From positions 608,001 through 672,000 of the forward strand of contig CAWCKY010000002.1 in the NCBI GenBank assembly GCA_963796275.1: 64,000 bases of DNA, given 5' to 3'. This DNA comes from an uncultured Acidobacteriota bacterium. Its GTDB lineage: Bacteria > Acidobacteriota > Blastocatellia > RBC074. The position numbers and the translations under genes were made by a program. Of this stretch, positions 8,859 to 18,276 are shown one piece after another. The notes beneath the pieces were generated by a model. The model searched no databases. It was not told where the DNA came from and was given only the letters and a program-made list of their open reading frames with translations. The first letter of the stretch is position 1. Every line of letters begins with the position of its first letter.

Positions 8859-10367
8859 TCAGGCAAATAGCCTTCCCGATTTTCGGACGAACTGCATCCT
8901 CCACTGCAGTACCTGAAATTGGCCGGTGAACTGGATGAACAGTCGTCTCCAGATACTTGCTCCCGCACCCGTCTGGTTATCCCAATACATTTTGGGAATC
9001 CATTTGAAATTCAGGTTGTAGGCGAGTCGGAAAAGCCGCCAGTGCATCGGAGTCATCTCTTCGATCTTGAAATGATCCCCCAGTCCGGGGATCACTGGTG
9101 AGTAGAAAATCGGGAAGATCACCAATCGTTCATTGTAGAGGTCTTCAATCCAGCGTACCGTCTTTTCGACGTGCTCAGGGGTTTCCCCCGGCAGCCCCAA
9201 AATCAGGCTTATCAATGGGAAGTAACCCGCCTTGATCAGCCGGCGCACCTGCTGGTCGCAAAGCTCGCCCCACTCCGCCGGTTTGTATGGGCGGATTTTG
9301 CCCCCCTTCTGGTTCATATCCAGCAGTTCTCCGCTGGCGGTCTCGACGCCCAGATTAACCCAGAGAAAGTCGTGGCGCTGGCCGTCGACGAGCAGGTCGT
9401 GAACCTCGCGCAGATCGTCATCGGAGTATTGAGCGACGGAGATAATATTGGCGTGATCGATCTGGATGAGTTTCAGCGGCTTGATCTCTCGCAGACGGCG
9501 AATGAGTGCCTTCAAGACGGGTGGATTCACGGGGGCGCGATGCGTATTGCCGTAGCGAAAGAAATCTTCGCTCAACGCGCAGATCGAGGTGACTCCGCGT
9601 TCGACATTCCGTTCGACGTCGGAGGCAACGACATCGAGAGGTATGTGGATCATCCTCTCCGCGGCAATCGTGCAGAACTGGCATCCCTTGCCGCAGCCGC
9701 GGCTGATCTCCACAACCCCCATTGAGGTCGGCCCGCAGATCGCCGGAATCTCATTCTCGCGCGCGCTCCTGGCGGAAACCACGGGCGGCACTTCTCTCCC
9801 GTCTATCAAATCATGAAACCAACCTGCCGCCTGCGTCTCGGCATAACCCTCGACCACCAGATCAATTCCCAGGCTCTCTCTCGCATGCTCATTCTGGGCT
9901 AATTGCCATGCGCCCGCGCCTCCCGCCACCACTTTGAATGATCCTGTCCGCTTCTTCTCTTTCAGTTGATGCAGCAGCCGCTTGTACCAGGTGTGGGTAT
10001 AGAGAGTCCCTCCGGCCATATCTGACATCGTGCTGTTGGACATGCCGCGTCCGAGCGGATCGGAAGATGAGACGGCGACGATCTTCGTCCTCGATCCGAC
10101 ACAGGCTTCCAGGTCTTCCGGAGCGCAGAGGATAACGTCATCGCGGTTGAACCCATCGTTCAGGAGAGCAGCCTCGATGCGCCGCAAGCCCATAGGCGCC
10201 TTGCGTGCCGCAATACCATCGGTCGGCATTCGGGGCGCGATCATCGTGCGCATGATAAGCTCGGGCACCGATGTGGTCTGTATCGTCCCCATCATTCCAT
10301 CGAAAAGCACAGGGTAATCAGCCATCAATGTCCGATCTGCCGTTAAAACTACGGGATATCCGCTCAT
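8859..10367 (-). CDS. Radical SAM protein with N-terminal B12-binding-like region, resembling the archaeal Grs/Gms family
   Basis: CxxxCxxC in EISRGCGKGCQFC; GGAGAWQ, GVETAS, LILGLPGET; N-terminal VVLTADRTLM and APMGLRRIEAALL match my recollection of GDGT ring synthase homologues. Radical SAM call is firm, Grs affinity less so. Confidence 0.8.
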   Translation of the reverse strand: MSGYPVVLTADRTLMADYPVLFDGMMGTIQTTSVPELIMRTMIAPRMPTDGIAARKAPMGLRRIEAALLNDGFNRDDVILCAPEDLEACVGSRTKIVAVSSSDPLGRGMSNSTMSDMAGGTLYTHTWYKRLLHQLKEKKRTGSFKVVAGGAGAWQLAQNEHARESLGIDLVVEGYAETQAAGWFHDLIDGREVPPVVSARSARENEIPAICGPTSMGVVEISRGCGKGCQFCTIAAERMIHIPLDVVASDVERNVERGVTSICALSEDFFRYGNTHRAPVNPPVLKALIRRLREIKPLKLIQIDHANIISVAQYSDDDLREVHDLLVDGQRHDFLWVNLGVETASGELLDMNQKGGKIRPYKPAEWGELCDQQVRRLIKAGYFPLISLILGLPGETPEHVEKTVRWIEDLYNERLVIFPIFYSPVIPGLGDHFKIEEMTPMHWRLFRLAYNLNFKWIPKMYWDNQTGAGASIWRRLFIQFTGQFQVLQWRMQFVRKSGRLFA

Positions 10368-10370
10368 ATA

Positions 10371-10528
10371 CAGTTTTCAGTTTTCAGTTTTCAGTTTCCA
10401 GTTTCCAGTTTTCAGTTTAGTTTCCAGTTTTCAGTTTTCGGGTTTGTAAACAGTTTCAGTAGAGACCGAAATCTGAATCCTGTCGGACAATAGGCACAAC
10501 AAGGGCAAACTAAAAACTGAAAACTGAA
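10371..10528. repeat. Heptamer (CAGTTTT/C) tandem array with a shorter inverted array (AAAACTG)
   Basis: About 10 units at 10371-10438; AACTAAAAACTGAAAACTGAA at 10508-10528. Confidence 0.9.
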
Positions 10529-10543
10529 TCCTGTCAACCGAGA

Positions 10544-11581
10544 TCAAATTTCAAGGCTATCCAACTCATCCATGAGTTTGTCGAGGTCATCTTTTTCGGA
10601 AGCGGCCCTTCCAACCTGGCGCTTGGGAATACCGATCGTGAGCCCCACCGCAGTGCGTCCATCTTTAATCAACTCCACGTCACGCTCCTGGGCAGCCAGC
10701 TCGATTGCGCTTGGCGCGCCGAAAAGCCGGGAGAGATCGATCTTCAGACCTCCTGGCCCTTCACCCGGCGCTCCGGCGATAGCCGGCATCTTGTGCTCCG
10801 GAAAGATGATGGCATTCTCCGGACAGACCCGGCTGCATGCAGGGCAACCGCGCTTACAGTTATCCTGATTCTCGACGAGAATCCGCTCCTTCCGATCAAT
10901 CCCGTAAACGCCGAAGAGACAAAAATCGATGCACTCCAGGCAGTTGGTGCATCGGCTGTAATCAATCACCGGATACCAGCGAGTCTCTTTCGACTCTCCC
11001 AGCACAACCGGTCTGGTCTTATCATCAGACGCCAAAAATCGCTGCATCTGATCCGGTTTCGGATCGCCACTCAGCCATCCAGTCAATGGAACGAACTCGA
11101 TCGAAGCCTCTTTCGCGATACGCTTGACTTCATCGACATAGACATTCGGTTCTTCATAAGCCCTGAGGTCGAGGCAGAAAAGATGGCGGTCAGGCGTCTC
11201 GGCGGGGCCGATAGCATTATTTCCCTCGTCATTTCCCGAGTCACCCTCTCCTATCGCCTCGTCTTCGCCTTCTTCGCCAGATTCTTCTCCCAGGCTTTTT
11301 AAAAGAGTGACTCCTTTTTTCCCGCTGATACCATTGCGGTCGAGGAGCCAATGTGCCGCTCTCGGGTAGAGCCACGAGAGGAGAATCAAATGGCCTTTTA
11401 CGGAATTCAGGTATAGCAGGCCGGTGTCACCCGGTGAGAGGTCATAGACGTGTGGCACCACCGCGAAATCGATCCCGGGTTCGAGCAGCAGGGCCGTAGC
11501 GATCTCTTCTTCGAGATGGCGTTTGGCGGGGTTTTTACCGCGCGTCTGCGAAAGGACGACTGTTATGCGATTTGCAGCCAT
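10544..11581 (-). CDS. 2x[4Fe-4S] ferredoxin-domain protein with uncharacterised N-terminal domain
   Basis: CTNCLECIDFC and CKRGCPACSRVCP motifs; acidic linker EESGEEGEDE. Confidence 0.85.
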   Translation of the reverse strand: MAANRITVVLSQTRGKNPAKRHLEEEIATALLLEPGIDFAVVPHVYDLSPGDTGLLYLNSVKGHLILLSWLYPRAAHWLLDRNGISGKKGVTLLKSLGEESGEEGEDEAIGEGDSGNDEGNNAIGPAETPDRHLFCLDLRAYEEPNVYVDEVKRIAKEASIEFVPLTGWLSGDPKPDQMQRFLASDDKTRPVVLGESKETRWYPVIDYSRCTNCLECIDFCLFGVYGIDRKERILVENQDNCKRGCPACSRVCPENAIIFPEHKMPAIAGAPGEGPGGLKIDLSRLFGAPSAIELAAQERDVELIKDGRTAVGLTIGIPKRQVGRAASEKDDLDKLMDELDSLEI

Positions 11582-11601
11582 AATGAAATTGTTCGGAAGT
11601 C

Positions 11602-12057
11602 TTACTCGTGCATCTGCCCCTTGATCTGGCGTTGCGTATCTTCCCAGGTGCCTTTCAAATGCTCCATGTAATCCACAGCGCTCAGCAGAGTGGCGTTTTT
11701 CGGTGCGAAGTCGAAGAGCCAGCCTTTTCCATAATTGTCGACATTGATCGATGTCGGGTCCCTCATAAGTTCACGGTTGAAGCGCAATATCAGTCCGTCT
11801 GCAGGCGCGTGAAGCGTAGAGACAGCCTTCGAGCTCTCAATCTCTCCCATCTCCTGCTTGGCTTGAACTGCAGTATCAGCTTCTATGCTCCAGTCTAAAA
11901 AGTAAACATCTTGAAGTAACCGGACGGCGAAGGCGGTGAACCCGACCCGGTATGCGTCCGTCACGGCTTGAAACCACATATGGCTTCGCACATAAAGGCG
12001 ATCGGTCGGAAACCGGGCCTCGTATTTTCCCATCATGAATATGAGGTATTCAGACAT
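11602..12057 (-). CDS. Glycine cleavage system H-protein-like (lipoyl-domain) protein
   Basis: FPTDRLYVRSHMW, RVGFTAFA, GEIESSKAVS (lipoyl Lys position), INVDNYGKGWLF. Confidence 0.88.
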   Translation of the reverse strand: MSEYLIFMMGKYEARFPTDRLYVRSHMWFQAVTDAYRVGFTAFAVRLLQDVYFLDWSIEADTAVQAKQEMGEIESSKAVSTLHAPADGLILRFNRELMRDPTSINVDNYGKGWLFDFAPKNATLLSAVDYMEHLKGTWEDTQRQIKGQMHE

Positions 12058-12183
12058 CAGCGGTCATTGCCAAATGTTCGCGGTCAGTCTACCACGCAAT
12101 CTGGCTTATGGCACAGTGACGTGCAAGCGATTTGGCCTGGCAGATTCAATGAGGTTATTATCACAATATTGATGGAGGTGTTT

Positions 12184-13275
12184 ATGGATACTTTAGACTC
12201 ATCAAATCGGAGAAGGATTGCTGGAATGATCTTACGATCGGCAGTCTGTGCGATCGCAATCTATAGTCTTGGGAGCGGAGTTTTAAGCACATATGGCGCG
12301 CAATCTGACGGCGCAAAGCAGAAAAAACCTGACGATCAGCAAAAAAGTGAAAGCAAGGGTAAGGCGGATGGGGCCCAACACGGTTCGGCATTACTGTGGC
12401 AAGAGCCGGCCGACATCGAGCGGCGCGACCTTTTCTACGGGATCGGCGGGCAAGCTGGCGCACCCGACCCGGCTGACAAATTGACATTCGCGGGCGATAA
12501 AGGCTCACCCAAAGACTCGAATCCCAAGATTGACGTCAAGGATAGCCGCGGGCGCGAATGGACGGTGAAGTTCGGGCCCGAGGTCAAATCGGAGACGGCT
12601 GTCTCGCGCATCGTCTGGGCGGCCGGATATTACGTGGATCAAGTCTATTTCGTCGAGAAGGCGACAATCGAAGGATTCAACCGGATCGAAACACGAAATA
12701 TGCGGTTTGAACGCGAAGACGACGGGTTAAAGACCGTTGGCCGCTGGGACTGGAATACCAATCCGTTTATTGGCACGCGCGAACTCGATGGTCTCAAGAC
12801 CCTGATGGCGCTCGTCCAAAACGTAGATCTATCGATACTGAACAACCGGATCGCGCGCCCCAAAAAGAGCGACGATAAGACTCAGACGGATATCTACTAT
12901 GTGAATGACCTGGGAGCGGCGCTCGGTTCGACAGGGGCCTGGTACACCCGGTTTCCCTGGGTTGATAATGCTCGATCCGAGAGCAAGGGTGTCCCCAAGG
13001 ATTACGTAAAGAACGGATTCATCTCAGGAATTAAGAATGGCGAGGTCGACTTCCACGTCACGAGGAGGCGAACTAATCGGATACTCGACGGCGTAAAAGT
13101 CGAAAATGCCAGATGGATGGGAAACCTTCTCGGTCGCTTGTCAAAAAAACAACTCGCGGACGCGTTCCGGGCCGGCGGTTTCAGCGACGCTGAAGTGGAT
13201 ACTTATGTGGATGAGATACGTAAACGGATATCGCAGCTTCAAAACCTGGAGCGGGATGATCTGATGACTCGATAA
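12184..13275 (+). CDS. Exported hypothetical protein with atypical protein-kinase-like motifs
   Basis: GGAGG RBS before ATG 12184; signal-like N-terminus; WTVKF (Lys), SE (Glu), NVDLSILN (DxxxxN), NDLG (DFG-like). Confidence 0.7.
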   Translation: MDTLDSSNRRRIAGMILRSAVCAIAIYSLGSGVLSTYGAQSDGAKQKKPDDQQKSESKGKADGAQHGSALLWQEPADIERRDLFYGIGGQAGAPDPADKLTFAGDKGSPKDSNPKIDVKDSRGREWTVKFGPEVKSETAVSRIVWAAGYYVDQVYFVEKATIEGFNRIETRNMRFEREDDGLKTVGRWDWNTNPFIGTRELDGLKTLMALVQNVDLSILNNRIARPKKSDDKTQTDIYYVNDLGAALGSTGAWYTRFPWVDNARSESKGVPKDYVKNGFISGIKNGEVDFHVTRRRTNRILDGVKVENARWMGNLLGRLSKKQLADAFRAGGFSDAEVDTYVDEIRKRISQLQNLERDDLMTR

Positions 13276-13429
13276 TCGCTGAAGCCGATTAATGCGAGCG
13301 AATTTGCTGCGAAAATCTGTGTAATACTCGTAAGTAGGGGCAAGTTGGGGGAAGCGACCTGAGAATCGTAAAGTGATCATCCGCCAGGACGCTTGTCGCT
13401 CATGCGTTCAACAGCGGTTGCTTTTTATC

Positions 13430-14305
13430 TTACCTTTGAATGACGCCTCGATCTATCACACTTCCGGTTTCGCTGATCGCCTGAAAACTGATGCAGCTGT
13501 GATCTGCATCTATCAGCATAAAATGGTTGTCCTCATCGTAACTCTGCGCGCGAATCGGGCTATTGATGTCTACACCGCCGCGGCGCGACTTACCTCCGGC
13601 GCCGGTGACAAAATATTGTATCCCCTGCTGAAGCTTGGTGCGCTCGTAAAAGTGGTCGTGCCCTGAAAAGACGACATTGACCCCATAACGGACGAGCAGC
13701 GGCTCCAATTTCCTTCTCAATTCCGCGTCCGACCCATGCCGTTTGCCGGAGGAATATATAGGATGATGAAATACAGCAATCTTCCAGTGCGCGGTGGAAG
13801 CCTGTAGCTTCTGCTCAAACCACCCTAACTGTGTTAAATCCAGATCGGTAGAATCGAGCATGAACAACTCTACCAACCCGCCGCCCTGCTTCAACGTAAA
13901 ATAGTTGTGCCCGCCCATGTTGAATAGGGGATATTGGCGCTGATCCTGCCGACCCTCTCGCACGTCGTGATTCCCCAGAACAACGTGGAAGTTTATGCGC
14001 TCCGCCAGCAACTTGGCGAACGGGCGCTCGAAATGCTTGATGAAGTTGCGTCCGCTGCCATTGGGATAGATGTTATCACCGGCTGAGATAACAAAATCGA
14101 ATGGATTGCGCTGATGCGCCGCGAACATCTGTTGAGCTATACCAGTCTGGTCTCCGTCACCGGTTCCCCAATCGCCGATGACCGGAAATCGTACCCGGTC
14201 CTTCACCGGATCGGCCCCAAAAATCGATAGCGGTTTGATGACGGCCCCTGCCGTAATGCCCGCTAACGAGATCAAGGCCTGCCGACGTGTGATCTTATTA
14301 TTCAT
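13430..14305 (-). CDS. Tat-exported calcineurin-like metallophosphoesterase (purple-acid-phosphatase-like)
   Basis: TRRQAL twin-arginine signal; GDWG, GDNIY, GNHD, HHP, GHDH motifs; GAGGGG RBS before ATG 14305. Confidence 0.92.
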   Translation of the reverse strand: MNNKITRRQALISLAGITAGAVIKPLSIFGADPVKDRVRFPVIGDWGTGDGDQTGIAQQMFAAHQRNPFDFVISAGDNIYPNGSGRNFIKHFERPFAKLLAERINFHVVLGNHDVREGRQDQRQYPLFNMGGHNYFTLKQGGGLVELFMLDSTDLDLTQLGWFEQKLQASTAHWKIAVFHHPIYSSGKRHGSDAELRRKLEPLLVRYGVNVVFSGHDHFYERTKLQQGIQYFVTGAGGKSRRGGVDINSPIRAQSYDEDNHFMLIDADHSCISFQAISETGSVIDRGVIQR

Positions 14306-14656
14306 ATCCAACCCCTCATCCGGTTCTGGAAAAGCAATGCACCCACCCGTCAGATGGATTGATTTTCTTATTTGATTACCCGAAAGGAAAAATGTCTTAG
14401 GGGAAGTGCTCAGTAGCACTCGAATGACGTATATATCATACCCGATGATTGCTCTCGTGAAAAGTAGATTAGAAAACAAAACAGACGTAAAGCCTGAACA
14501 ATCAAAGAGTTCCCTGCGTGAAATTCAACGTAAAGGCGCGAAGACGCTGTAAGTTTCGTTATTGCAACGGCTCAGTCCGCATTAGCGCTTAATATAAACT
14601 TTTTTCGACTTCGCGCCCCTCGACGTCAATCCCTATGACCTAAAACACGATATGAC

Positions 14657-17600
14657 CTAGTAAGACAGCCTCAGGCCAAATTGAATATTCCGCCCGCCGC
14701 CGCTCGACAGAATCTTCCCGAAATTTAGGTCGTTCACATTACCCACGGGTCCCCCAAATTGAGTCGTGTTGAATGCATTGTAGAATTCCGCCCGGAATTG
14801 CAGGTTCACTCGCTCTTTGATGCGCTGGCTGCGCGAGAGCGCGAGGTCGAAAGATTTGATCCCCGGCTCGCGGAGGTTGGGTTGTGTCCGCGAATCGCTT
14901 CCCAGCGAGAATGCCGGCGCAGCTTTGAAAGCCGTGGTATCGAACCAACGGTCGATCGTCTGTTCTCCTTTCGGCAATACAGGTGACTTCATTTTGATGG
15001 CTGTCGCTCCCACACCGGGCAGAAACGTGCTGGCGGGACCGGTAATCACAACCGGCACTCCACTTGAGAAATTGGTGATTCCCGATATCTGCCAATTGCC
15101 CACCACGCGGCTGGCCCATCCGCTTCCCAGGAATTTCTTGCCCTGCCCAAGCGGTAATTCGTAGATATAGTTCAAAACAAGCATCTGTGGCCGATCGTAG
15201 TCGCCGATCGATCGCGAAAGCGATAGGTTATTTGGATCGATGAATCCGGTGCGCCCGCCGAACCGCTCCTGCACGTTGTCGATCTGCTTGCTGACCGTAT
15301 ATGCGGCCTGAAAAAGCAGGCCGCGGCCAAACCTTTTATCAACTCGCACCGTCATGCCGTGATAGACCGAGTCTCCCACCGCATCGCGGAAACGCCCGAC
15401 GTCGGTGTAGTGGGGGTATGGCTTCAGTAGTTGCGAACGGCGTACCTTTTCGGCGCTCAATTCTCCGGTTGTGATCAGGCCGTAGTATGGGTTATCCACC
15501 AGGTCATTCAACCTCTCACCCAGCGAAAGATACTGTGCGCTCACAGCATTGCGGGAGCGATTGACCCAGATGCGCTGCCCCCGGCTGCCGATATAGGCAA
15601 TCTCTAAGAGCATATCCCGCGCCAGCGTCCGTTGGATATTGAGGTTCCATTGATGGTTGTAAGGTGTCACCCAATCGCGGAATGCCGTGCCGATACCACC
15701 CCCTACTCCGGTCGTTGGGGATGGAAAATACCCTGAGACGAACGGGTTCGACAGCGATGCGCCAACAGGAGGCGTATTGGGCGCCTCAGGTTGCTGGCCC
15801 AGAAAAACCGGAGTGGATGCGAGGAATCCGCTTCCCAGATCGCTGGCCCCCGCGCCGATTCCGCCGCTGCCGGGGAAATAGAAGAGACCGTAGCCTATCC
15901 GCAGCACGGTATCTTTCTTAAACTCCCAGGCGATTCCCACGCGCGGCGCGAAGTTGTTCCGGTCGGGATCAGATTGATAACGCGGGTTGCCGTCGCGCCC
16001 GACGAAACGCAGGACGCCTTTCTCCTGCGTGATCGGCTCGATTGCGTCGGGATCGAAGTAGGCCAACTGGTCGAAACGATCAGACCACGGCGTCTGATAC
16101 TCCCAGCGCAGACCCAGGTTGAACGTCAGATTACGACGCGCTTTCCACTCATCCTGCACGTACCAGGAGTAGTATCTCTGCGACGCAGCCAGCGATGGAT
16201 CGTCAGTGATCGAACCTCCAGTCGGCATGCCGAGCAGGAAGGTGGCCACGCCGTGTCCTGACGCCATGTTGGGAGTATCGAGCGGGTCGGGCCCATGCGT
16301 GAAGGAGCGACCGAAATCGTAAACGCCCGATGGCCGTTCAGACCGGAAAACGTTGAAGGCCATGAACGTGAAGTCATAACCCGATTTCACCGAATGAGCG
16401 CCGCGCAGCCACGTGAAATGACCCTGTAATTCCCCGGCATTCTCGGCATCGGTGAAGTACGAAGCCCTGTCCGGCCCTAAACTGGCCACATCGGCAATAT
16501 TGAAGCGCGGGAAGAGCAGTGTCTTAGCCTGGTTTTTGAGCGACGCAGGGAACCCGAGTTGCGTGAAATCGAAACCGGCGCTCCGTGGAGTCACGATGAA
16601 CAGACCGCGCGTGAAACTGCCGCGAAACTCGGCGACGAGGTCCGGGCGAAGCGTGACCGTATCGCTGAGCACGACCGTCCGCGGGTGGCTCTCGAACTGG
16701 CCCTTCTCGCCGTTCGTCCCCTCAGAGGGAAATGCCTCATTGAGGCCGGGAGTCACGCCGGCACCCTCCTGCCTTCCGTATGTCAAAAACAGTTTGTGAC
16801 TCTTACCCAGACTGTGATCGACGCGGAAAAACATCTTCCACGAGTCATCCTTGCGCGTAGCGCCTTGGAAGAAATTCAGCGTCCTGGTCGATCTGTTCGG
16901 AAGCGGAAAGTATTCCATGACGCGGCGGGCAATCGGATCAATGCGGTCGGGGCAGATAACATTGAACCTGTCCCCGCACATGATTTGCTGGCGCGTGTAT
17001 CTCCCCGGCCTGTTTTTATCGGCTACCGTCAGAGTCGGATCATAAATTTTCACCAGATTACCCATATTGTCGAACGTCTGGGAAAAGTCGCCGATTCTTT
17101 CCAGCGCAGTTGGGACAGTGGTTTCAATGTTATCCGGTGTACGTTGTTTGATCTGCTCCCAATTGAAGAAGAAAAACGTCCGGTTGTGCCCGTCATAAAG
17201 ACGTGGTATGTAGACAGGCCCGTTCACCGAGAATCCGTATTCGTTCCGGCGAAATGCGCCTTTCGGTGAGCCGCGCATGTTATCGAAGAACGATTTGGCG
17301 TTCAGTATGTCGTTGCGCAGGAACTCGTAGAAACTTCCGTGTAGGTCATTGGTGCCCGGACGGGTGCCGGCCGTCAGCACGCCGCCGCCAGAACGCCCGA
17401 ATTCGGCCGACATATTGTTGGTGATTACCTTGAATTCCTGTACGGCCTCCAGAGGCGGTGTGAAAGTGATGTCGTTAGTGGTGCTGTTGCGGGTCTCGGC
17501 GCCGTCGAGGAGGATCTCGCTGGTGTTCGATCGGCCGCCGTTGATTATGGGTCCGACACCCGCACCTCCCTTGGGCGCCACGCCGGGCGCCAGTGTAAGC

Positions 17601-18085
17601 AGGCTGTAAGGGTTTCGACCGAGCAATGGCAGCTCGATCATCTGCTTGCTCCCGACCACATTGCCAAGCGACGCGCTCTGCCGCTCGAGTTGAACGGGAG
17701 CGGCTGTGACCGTGACCGCGTCGAGCTGTAGCGTTCCAGCCTCCAGCGAAACATTGATCGTAGCCGTCAGTCCGACTGTGATCTGAATCCCCGAGACACG
17801 CCCCTTGGTGAACCCCTGACTCTCCACGGTCAGGTCATACTGACCGGGCAGCAGGTACGGCACACGGTAATGCCCTTCCTCGTTGGTCTCAGTCTCACGC
17901 TTGACCCGGGTCTGCGTATGAGTAACAACGACCAGAGCCTTGGGAATAATCGCTCCCAACTGATCCGTCACTGTTCCGGTAATGGTTCCCTGGTCTATCT
18001 GAGCAAGTGTCAAAGATGTGAACCAATAAATTAAGACTACGGATAGTACTGGGGTTAATAGCAACCGACAAACAAGCTGCCTCAT
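14657..18085 (-). CDS. TonB-dependent receptor, Oar-like with carboxypeptidase-regulatory-like N-domain
   Basis: Signal peptide, GTITGTVTD, SAEFGRSGGG, NNFAPRVG, C-terminal QFGLRLSY; GGAGG RBS before ATG 18085. Confidence 0.92.
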   Translation of the reverse strand: MRQLVCRLLLTPVLSVVLIYWFTSLTLAQIDQGTITGTVTDQLGAIIPKALVVVTHTQTRVKRETETNEEGHYRVPYLLPGQYDLTVESQGFTKGRVSGIQITVGLTATINVSLEAGTLQLDAVTVTAAPVQLERQSASLGNVVGSKQMIELPLLGRNPYSLLTLAPGVAPKGGAGVGPIINGGRSNTSEILLDGAETRNSTTNDITFTPPLEAVQEFKVITNNMSAEFGRSGGGVLTAGTRPGTNDLHGSFYEFLRNDILNAKSFFDNMRGSPKGAFRRNEYGFSVNGPVYIPRLYDGHNRTFFFFNWEQIKQRTPDNIETTVPTALERIGDFSQTFDNMGNLVKIYDPTLTVADKNRPGRYTRQQIMCGDRFNVICPDRIDPIARRVMEYFPLPNRSTRTLNFFQGATRKDDSWKMFFRVDHSLGKSHKLFLTYGRQEGAGVTPGLNEAFPSEGTNGEKGQFESHPRTVVLSDTVTLRPDLVAEFRGSFTRGLFIVTPRSAGFDFTQLGFPASLKNQAKTLLFPRFNIADVASLGPDRASYFTDAENAGELQGHFTWLRGAHSVKSGYDFTFMAFNVFRSERPSGVYDFGRSFTHGPDPLDTPNMASGHGVATFLLGMPTGGSITDDPSLAASQRYYSWYVQDEWKARRNLTFNLGLRWEYQTPWSDRFDQLAYFDPDAIEPITQEKGVLRFVGRDGNPRYQSDPDRNNFAPRVGIAWEFKKDTVLRIGYGLFYFPGSGGIGAGASDLGSGFLASTPVFLGQQPEAPNTPPVGASLSNPFVSGYFPSPTTGVGGGIGTAFRDWVTPYNHQWNLNIQRTLARDMLLEIAYIGSRGQRIWVNRSRNAVSAQYLSLGERLNDLVDNPYYGLITTGELSAEKVRRSQLLKPYPHYTDVGRFRDAVGDSVYHGMTVRVDKRFGRGLLFQAAYTVSKQIDNVQERFGGRTGFIDPNNLSLSRSIGDYDRPQMLVLNYIYELPLGQGKKFLGSGWASRVVGNWQISGITNFSSGVPVVITGPASTFLPGVGATAIKMKSPVLPKGEQTIDRWFDTTAFKAAPAFSLGSDSRTQPNLREPGIKSFDLALSRSQRIKERVNLQFRAEFYNAFNTTQFGGPVGNVNDLNFGKILSSGGGRNIQFGLRLSY

Positions 18086-18276
18086 GATTTTGTTCCTCCG
18101 CGCTGTTTTGGTTTCGATGAATGAAATTTGCCGGCAAGCCGCGAGCTGCCGGAACTCGCGCCCTAGCCGCATGCACAGCCTTAATCACCGGCATGATGAG
18201 GTATTGCGATGCTTACCGCGCGCACACGCATCCTCGCGTTGAGCATGGATGCAATGTCCGCAATGTCTGGAGTGTC

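Noticed and set aside
6960-10367. Calling the locus a standard hopanoid cluster (shc with hpnH/hpnP)
   Set aside because: No hpnCDE, hpnG or hpnH recognised, and the radical SAM motifs do not look like Hpn enzymes; gene symbols withheld.
12109-12126. Possible sigma54 promoter TGGCACAGTGACGTGC
   Set aside because: GG-to-GC spacing is 11 nt, not the required 10; the same applies to a candidate near 33858.
11968-12183. 5' extension of the 435-aa ORF
   Set aside because: Overlaps the GcvH-like gene on the opposite strand; a GGAGG RBS supports ATG 12184.
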